Of a DNA stretch of 22,696 nucleotides, positions 17,930 to 22,696 are shown one piece after another. Below the pieces are notes generated by a model. It worked only from the letters and a program-made list of their open reading frames with translations. It was not told where the DNA came from and ran no database searches. Made by a program: the position numbers and the translations under genes. The DNA is from an uncultured Acidobacteriota bacterium (GTDB lineage: Bacteria; Acidobacteriota; Thermoanaerobaculia; Multivoradales; JAHEKO01), in contig CAVQNG010000006.1 of the NCBI GenBank assembly GCA_963713825.1, positions 1 to 22,696 of the forward strand, given 5' to 3'. Numbering within the stretch: position 1 is the stretch's first letter; every line of letters begins with the position of its first letter.

Positions 17930-18793
17930 TCACGGTTCGAGTCGTCTCCGAATGTGGCAGGGTGAGGGCTTGAGAAGGAGTCCACCGCGGACCTGCTCGA
18001 CTCGAGCAGCGGGGTAGAGTACGAGTACCTGGCGGAGTCCGGCGAGGAAGTAGCGCTTGAAGTCTTTACGGTCTCGATAGTCGGCCCCGAATTGCACCGC
18101 AAGAGCAGCCCAGGGAATCCGAGAGGGCTTCCTCAGGTAGCTGTTGCGATGGGTGAGCCAACTGTAGATATCGAGCGCCATCGGGCTTCTGAGGGCTTTG
18201 AAGGCGCGAAGGTCTATCGGAACGGGCCGTTCACACACGGCCTCGAAGAACCCGGGGCTCAAAGAGACCGTTGAGCGCCACGAGACCGCCTGCTCAGGCC
18301 TCACTGGGTTCCACCAAAGATGAGCTTCGTCTGAAACTCGAAAACCCCGGTCGTGCCATTCGCCTGAAGCCCGTTTGTCCCAGGTGAAGGCAATGGTCGC
18401 TCCGAATAGCCGTTGCATCTGGTCTCGGAGTCGGCCGATGGGACCAGTCCGTCCGCCTCGTGGGAGCAGGCCGAGCTGAGCCATGAAGCTGCTCAGCGAC
18501 GGGCCGAGCTGCAGTACAGGCTCCCGAGTTCGAACTGCCTCCGTCGTGACCCAGGCCATGAGGAGTCGAGGGTAGCGGCCGTACGGTAGCTCTAAGAGCG
18601 GATGAGCCGTGATCGAGACGCGGAGTGAACCGTTGGTGCGCACAAAGGTCTTCGTCCGCTGTCTGCTGTGGGGGAGAGTGGTCTGAACGAGCAGCCGCGC
18701 CATGAAGCCCAGTGCACCAGCTCTCTTGGCTTCCTCCGCCTCGATGAGGAGTGACTCTCGGAGGAGTCTGTCTTCGGGCGTCTGACGGCCGAT
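17930..18793 (-). CDS. repA: Plasmid replication initiator RepA (RepA_C type)
   Basis: IEAEEAKRAGALGFMARLLVQTTLPH, LPYGRYPRLLMAWVTTEAVRT, SPMALDIYSWL, QFG. Family-like sequence extends upstream of ATG 18703 to an in-frame ATC at 18793 behind GGAGG. Confidence 0.85.
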   Translation of the reverse strand: MGRQTPEDRLLRESLLIEAEEAKRAGALGFMARLLVQTTLPHSRQRTKTFVRTNGSLRVSITAHPLLELPYGRYPRLLMAWVTTEAVRTREPVLQLGPSLSSFMAQLGLLPRGGRTGPIGRLRDQMQRLFGATIAFTWDKRASGEWHDRGFRVSDEAHLWWNPVRPEQAVSWRSTVSLSPGFFEAVCERPVPIDLRAFKALRSPMALDIYSWLTHRNSYLRKPSRIPWAALAVQFGADYRDRKDFKRYFLAGLRQVLVLYPAARVEQVRGGLLLKPSPCHIRRRLEP

Positions 18794-18875
18794 CTCGAGC
18801 CTCCAGACCTAGAAATGCGCATTCTTCAAGGTCTCGAAGGCTGTCAGTTGGGCGATCAGTGGATTCCAAGTGGTG

Positions 18876-18891
18876 CCCGTTGGGGACACCA
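18876..18891 (+). repeat. att core 1: tRNA-Glu-like 3' end fragment
   Basis: CCCGTTGGGGACACCA, identical to 21465-21480; it ends in CCA and has the GGGGAC acceptor strand typical of tRNA-Glu. Confidence 0.8.
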
Positions 18892-19197
18892 ATTTTGTGC
18901 CAATCCACCGAGAACAGGCTCTGAGGTGACGCTGCTGACTTGGACCCCCTCCGCGACCAGCCCCGCTTCCAGGCCCTGCTGGAAAGTCAAGGGCAGGACG
19001 CGGAGTAGCCTCGGAAACCGGCTCCCGGAAGCTTCGGTAGCTTTGGTAGGGTTCGTAGTCTTGAGGCCTGTGGGGACTCTGGCCCTGGTGGGCGAAAAAC
19101 ACCGAGCAGGCCTTACGATATATCGAGGGCGAACCCGATCTGGGACTCCGAGTGTCGCTACTGTTGACTAAATAGCTGTCCTGCCTACTCATACTCT

Positions 19198-20247
19198 ATG
19201 TCGAACCGGTTTTCAGCAATATCGCTTGGGCTCCTGGCTCTCCTCTCGGCCGAGGGTAGACCGGGTGCGGCAGAGTTATTGCAGGCCACCGCTGGAGAGC
19301 AAGGATTGTATGCGGTACGCATCGGTGAGCAGCTGATCGTCAGAAGGATCGGATCGGAAGGTACGTCGATCGATGCTCCGCAGAGCTCTGATCTCTACTC
19401 ACTGCGCCCGACGGCTCACGGCTGGGTCGCCGGCGGTCACGCGCTGACCGATACGGGTGATGCCGACCTTCTGTTGGTGCAGCAATTCGAGGGTCAGCTC
19501 GAAATGCTGCCGCTGCCCGACAAGGGCGCTGGCATGCTGCGAGGACAGCCGGTAGTGCTCGTGAGCGACGGTGGTCTCGTCGGACTAGCCTGGGTCGAAG
19601 GCGACAGGCAGAGTGACCTCCAGATTTGGGCTGCCAGGTGGACCGGTAGCGAGTGGGGTGAGACGGAGGCGGTATCTGGGCCTGGGCCAGGGAGTCAGTT
19701 GGCTCTGGCCGGGGCTGTTCTGGAAGACGGCAGCTGGCTGCTGGTCTGGACCGGTTTTGACGGCGAGGACGACGAGACGCTGTTCAGCCGCAAGGTCCAG
19801 GGAATCTGGTCAACGCCCGAGCTCGTGCATGCGGACAACCAGGTACCCGACATTACACCAACTCTCGTTGCTCTGAGCGACGGTGCGGTGGCTGCCTGGA
19901 GCTGGTTCGACGGCAGCGACTACCGCATCAAGACGGCGCGTTTCGATGGGCAGGATTGGACCGTCAACGAGGCGATTGGCGGCAAGGGTTCGGTCTACCC
20001 AACTCTTGTTTCCACCGAGCTGGGTGCACAGCTCCTGTTTCATTCTGTCTCTCCAGAAACCTGGACCGTCGTCGAAGTCGACGCGATGGGCTTGTTGTCT
20101 CGCATCACGTCTCTGCCGAAGAGCACTCGGAGCCGGCCGCTTCTTTTGGGCTCGACTTCCGATGAGGTGAGATTCGCATGGCCGTCGGAGACGGGGATGA
20201 TCGATGGCGCGGCGATCAGGAACCAACCCTGGGAGCCGCTGCGGTGA
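19198..20247 (+). CDS. Secreted hypothetical protein (beta-rich, Trp-repeat, possibly propeller-like)
   Basis: 349-aa ORF with a signal peptide and repeated 'W...DG.D...W' segments; its stop overlaps the next GTG. Confidence 0.7.
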   Translation: MSNRFSAISLGLLALLSAEGRPGAAELLQATAGEQGLYAVRIGEQLIVRRIGSEGTSIDAPQSSDLYSLRPTAHGWVAGGHALTDTGDADLLLVQQFEGQLEMLPLPDKGAGMLRGQPVVLVSDGGLVGLAWVEGDRQSDLQIWAARWTGSEWGETEAVSGPGPGSQLALAGAVLEDGSWLLVWTGFDGEDDETLFSRKVQGIWSTPELVHADNQVPDITPTLVALSDGAVAAWSWFDGSDYRIKTARFDGQDWTVNEAIGGKGSVYPTLVSTELGAQLLFHSVSPETWTVVEVDAMGLLSRITSLPKSTRSRPLLLGSTSDEVRFAWPSETGMIDGAAIRNQPWEPLR

Positions 20248-21332
20248 GATTGGCGGTGAGATTCTTCCTTCGGGGCGTTCTGATCGGGGCGTTTCTCAGT
20301 GCACCGGCTTCTGGGCAGATTTTTCGCTGGTTGGCATTTGGCGACAGTATTACCGCAGGTTGGTCTGATGACATCAACCCTTCGGGCGGTTATCCAGGAA
20401 GGCTCGAGAACGACTTGGGCTGCACACCCTCGACCTGTCAGGTCGTAGAAAAGGGCTTGAGCGGCGAGACCACGTCCGAGGGTGTCACCAGAATCCGACA
20501 GGTGCTCAACAACAGTGGCCCCGACCCTTACGATGTAGCGTTGATCATGGAGGGGACGAACGACATCTTCCAACCCAACAACATCAGCAACGTCTCGATA
20601 CCCACGATCATGTTCAACCTCAACCAGATGGCGACGAAGGCGGAAAAGGCGGGGACCGAGGCAGTTCTCTCTTCGATCATCTGGCTACACCCTGGAGGAC
20701 AGCACGGCACCAGTCGCGATCAGCTGGTGGAAGACCTCCGCGACCGGATCTCGAGCTCCGCCAGGAACAATTCACGGCTCTTTGCCGATACCTGGTCGAG
20801 GTTGTGCCCAGACGGGCAGGATCAGCACGGGCATTCACAAAACGCGTGCTTCTGGAATCATGACCACTACTGGCTCAACGGTGGGCAGCCCGATGTTGTA
20901 GGGCACCCGAACAGCTCCGGTTTCCGGATGATCGCGGACGAATTCTTCGCCCTGATCGACTCGAGCCCGGTGCCGGGCCTGGCGGTACCGAGTACCCCGT
21001 CGGGCATGATCAACGATGCGACTCCAATCCTGACTTGGATGAAAGAGAGTCCAGCCTTGGCGTCGTGGTATCAGGTGCGAGTCACCGGACCTGGAGGCAC
21101 GTACTTTCAGTCCTGGGTCAAGGCGAGCCAGGTCTGCTCTGGAAGCACCTGCTCTACCGAGGTGACTTCATCACTCGATGACGACAATTATGCCTGGCAG
21201 GTCATGAGTCGCAACGTGCGAGGCAGAAGTGGCTGGAGCAGTCAACAGAGCTTCACGATTGGTAGCCCGGCCATGTTCGACGACGGCTTCGAGTCCGGCG
21301 ACACTTCGGCCTGGTCGAGTACAGTCCAGTAG
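20244..21332 (+). CDS. Secreted SGNH/GDSL hydrolase with C-terminal FN3-like domain and FxDGFESG tail
   Basis: Blocks FGDSIT, GLSGETT, EGTND and D..GHPN; GTG start at 20244 with signal peptide; ends MFDDGFESGDTSAWS. Confidence 0.85.
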   Translation: MRLAVRFFLRGVLIGAFLSAPASGQIFRWLAFGDSITAGWSDDINPSGGYPGRLENDLGCTPSTCQVVEKGLSGETTSEGVTRIRQVLNNSGPDPYDVALIMEGTNDIFQPNNISNVSIPTIMFNLNQMATKAEKAGTEAVLSSIIWLHPGGQHGTSRDQLVEDLRDRISSSARNNSRLFADTWSRLCPDGQDQHGHSQNACFWNHDHYWLNGGQPDVVGHPNSSGFRMIADEFFALIDSSPVPGLAVPSTPSGMINDATPILTWMKESPALASWYQVRVTGPGGTYFQSWVKASQVCSGSTCSTEVTSSLDDDNYAWQVMSRNVRGRSGWSSQQSFTIGSPAMFDDGFESGDTSAWSSTVQ

Positions 21333-21458
21333 CTGGCCGGGCCGCACACCCAGTCCTTTCTTACCATCGGTTTCCGGGGGGCATTCCCCTCGCGGGATGA
21401 CACGGCCCGCCGCGTCCCGTCCACCGGAAACCACCGATCTATGCGTATCCACAAGGCG

Positions 21459-21480
21459 TCAAGTCCCGTTGGGGACACCA
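21459..21480 (+). repeat. att core 2: longer tRNA-Glu-like 3' fragment
   Basis: TCAAGTCCCGTTGGGGACACCA includes part of a T-loop; no 5' tRNA half lies upstream. Confidence 0.8.
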
Positions 21481-21555
21481 GCTCGCCCCCAGCCCGACCA
21501 CCCGCCTCGCCGGTGCGCCCAACAACAGGGTTGAACCCCTGCCTATTCGAAACTG

Positions 21556-21963
21556 TCAACCGATCCGGGTCGACGCTAGGTAAGTGATAGCGCTGATGCT
21601 CGTACAGAGCACCATGCCCCAGGCCATGTCGACCAGCACCACCCGCAGGGGAAACCCCTCGAGGGTTGCCAGGTTGGTGAGATCGTAGGCGGCGTAGGTG
21701 ACGAGTCCGAAGAGGGCGCCGAGGATGCAGGCGTGGCTCAGGCTCTGGCGCTCCATGGCCGGCCCCACCACGAGCACGATGATGCCGAGAATGAAGACGA
21801 GGTAGAACGCGATCGCTGCGATCCAGTTGACGTTGGCGCGCATCAGGTGGCCCATGTGGGTCTGGTAGAAGGAGCGCGCCACGACGCCAAGCCAGACGAG
21901 ATCGATCACCAGGAAGCTGATGAGAGCGACCGCGTAGAGCTTCATGAAGTTGGGCATGGTCAT
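21556..21963 (-). CDS. DUF2177-family membrane protein
   Basis: IDLVWLGVVARSFY, GALFGLVTYAAYDLTNLATL, DMAWG. Confidence 0.85.
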   Translation of the reverse strand: MTMPNFMKLYAVALISFLVIDLVWLGVVARSFYQTHMGHLMRANVNWIAAIAFYLVFILGIIVLVVGPAMERQSLSHACILGALFGLVTYAAYDLTNLATLEGFPLRVVLVDMAWGMVLCTSISAITYLASTRIG

Positions 21964-22000
21964 GTCGTCTTCCCTCTTGCTGACGAGATCGTCGCTCCTA

Positions 22001-22474
22001 TCATCGGTTGAGCATCCAGATCGAGCCATTGAGTACTGCGGCAAAGCTCACCCATGCCAGGTAGGGCAGCATCAGAAGTGCGGCAGCCGGGACGACGCGA
22101 CGGAAGATCCACACGGTGGCGACGATCGAGAGCCACAGCAGAAGGATCTCGGCAAATGCTACTCCCGGCGACTGCAGACCAAAGAAGAGGATCGACCAGA
22201 GCCCGTTGAGGGCAAGCTGGGCCGCGAAGAGGGTGAGGGCGAGCCTGACGTCCTTGGTGCTGAAGCCCTGGCGCCAGACGAGGAAGGCCGCCACTCCCAT
22301 CATGATGTAGAGCACGGTCCAGGTGGGTCCGAAAACCCACGCCGGCGGGTTGAAGAAGGGCTTGGTGAGGGTTGGATACCATGTCGCGACGCTTCGGGCA
22401 GTTACAAAGCCTGATAGGCCACCGACCGCCAGTGGGATGGCGACTGCGATCCCAAGTTTGAGGGTGTTGTTCAT
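22001..22474 (-). CDS. tspO: TspO/MBR tryptophan-rich sensory protein
   Basis: WYPTLTKPFFNPPAWVFGPTWTVLY, QLALNGLWSILFFG, PYLAWVSFA. Confidence 0.95.
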   Translation of the reverse strand: MNNTLKLGIAVAIPLAVGGLSGFVTARSVATWYPTLTKPFFNPPAWVFGPTWTVLYIMMGVAAFLVWRQGFSTKDVRLALTLFAAQLALNGLWSILFFGLQSPGVAFAEILLLWLSIVATVWIFRRVVPAAALLMLPYLAWVSFAAVLNGSIWMLNR

Positions 22475-22582
22475 TGGCACTGGACTCGATGATACCGAGA
22501 GCGCTGAGGCAGAGTCCAAGACGCACGCTCTCGGAGTCGATCGTCCTCACCTCGTCGATTCCCTGCGGCTGGTCGTCCGGTG

Positions 22583-22640
22583 CCCGGGCTCAGTAGTTTC
22601 CCGAGGCGGCTTCCTTGAGGATCTCCTGGTCCAGCATCGG
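22583..22640 (-). pseudogene. IS3-family transposase scrap (orfA/orfB junction)
   Basis: LDQEILKEAASGNY* overlaps GKLLSP in another frame through the GGGAAAC slippery sequence. Confidence 0.6.
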
Positions 22641-22696
22641 CTCGGGCTGAGATGTGCGAACAGGGCAAGAGCATGACTCGTCGGCAACCGCTGGCT

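Larger units (their letters stand above)
1..18891 (-). mobile_element. Integrative conjugative element / integrated plasmid (P-type Trb T4SS, MOBP relaxase, RepA), left end outside the window
   Basis: Co-oriented repA-mobC-relaxase-traF-virD4-trbBCDEJLFGI ending at a tRNA-3'-end-like att repeat (18876-18891). No full integrase gene is in the window. Confidence 0.9.

Noticed and set aside
18809-19192. 127-aa ORF as a real gene
   Set aside because: It is a chimera across the att junction; only the last ~27 codons look meaningful, as a recombinase tail.
21400-21480. Possible complete tRNA gene
   Set aside because: Only the 3' 22 nt are tRNA-like; there is no GTCCCC 5' strand, D arm or anticodon arm upstream.

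Overview
Positions 1-18891 are the right part of an integrative conjugative element (ICE) or integrated plasmid with every gene on the minus strand. In transcription order it reads repA (RepA_C type), oriV iterons, putative oriT, mobC, MOBP relaxase, traF, traG/virD4, a three-gene defence-like insert, then trbBCDEJ(K)LFGI. The element ends at a 16-bp copy of a tRNA-Glu-like 3' end (18876-18891). The same 16-mer recurs at 21465-21480 and brackets a 2.6-kb satellite island of two secreted-protein genes. The main observations are these. (1) An intact IS110 element has readable ends (TGC core at 16063-65 and 17610-12), and its downstream non-coding region holds two stem-loops, one matching the reconstituted empty target site (13 nt) and one the circle junction (9 nt). 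This fits a bridge RNA, and the target is the tip of a hairpin in the ICE's probable oriT. (2) The att core reads as the severed C-terminal tail of an integrase and stops just before the repA RBS, suggesting excision swaps the integrase tail and switches on replication. (3) The insert carries a HEPN protein and a Shedu (SduA) gene coupled to a second PD-(D/E)XK nuclease, each unit followed by an integron attC-like hairpin, one with a covaried AGG/CCT core. Many ICE genes carry single-base frameshifts, which are probably sequencing errors, although decay is possible. The right end holds DUF2177, tspO and an IS3 scrap. All family calls come from motif recognition by eye; no searches were run.
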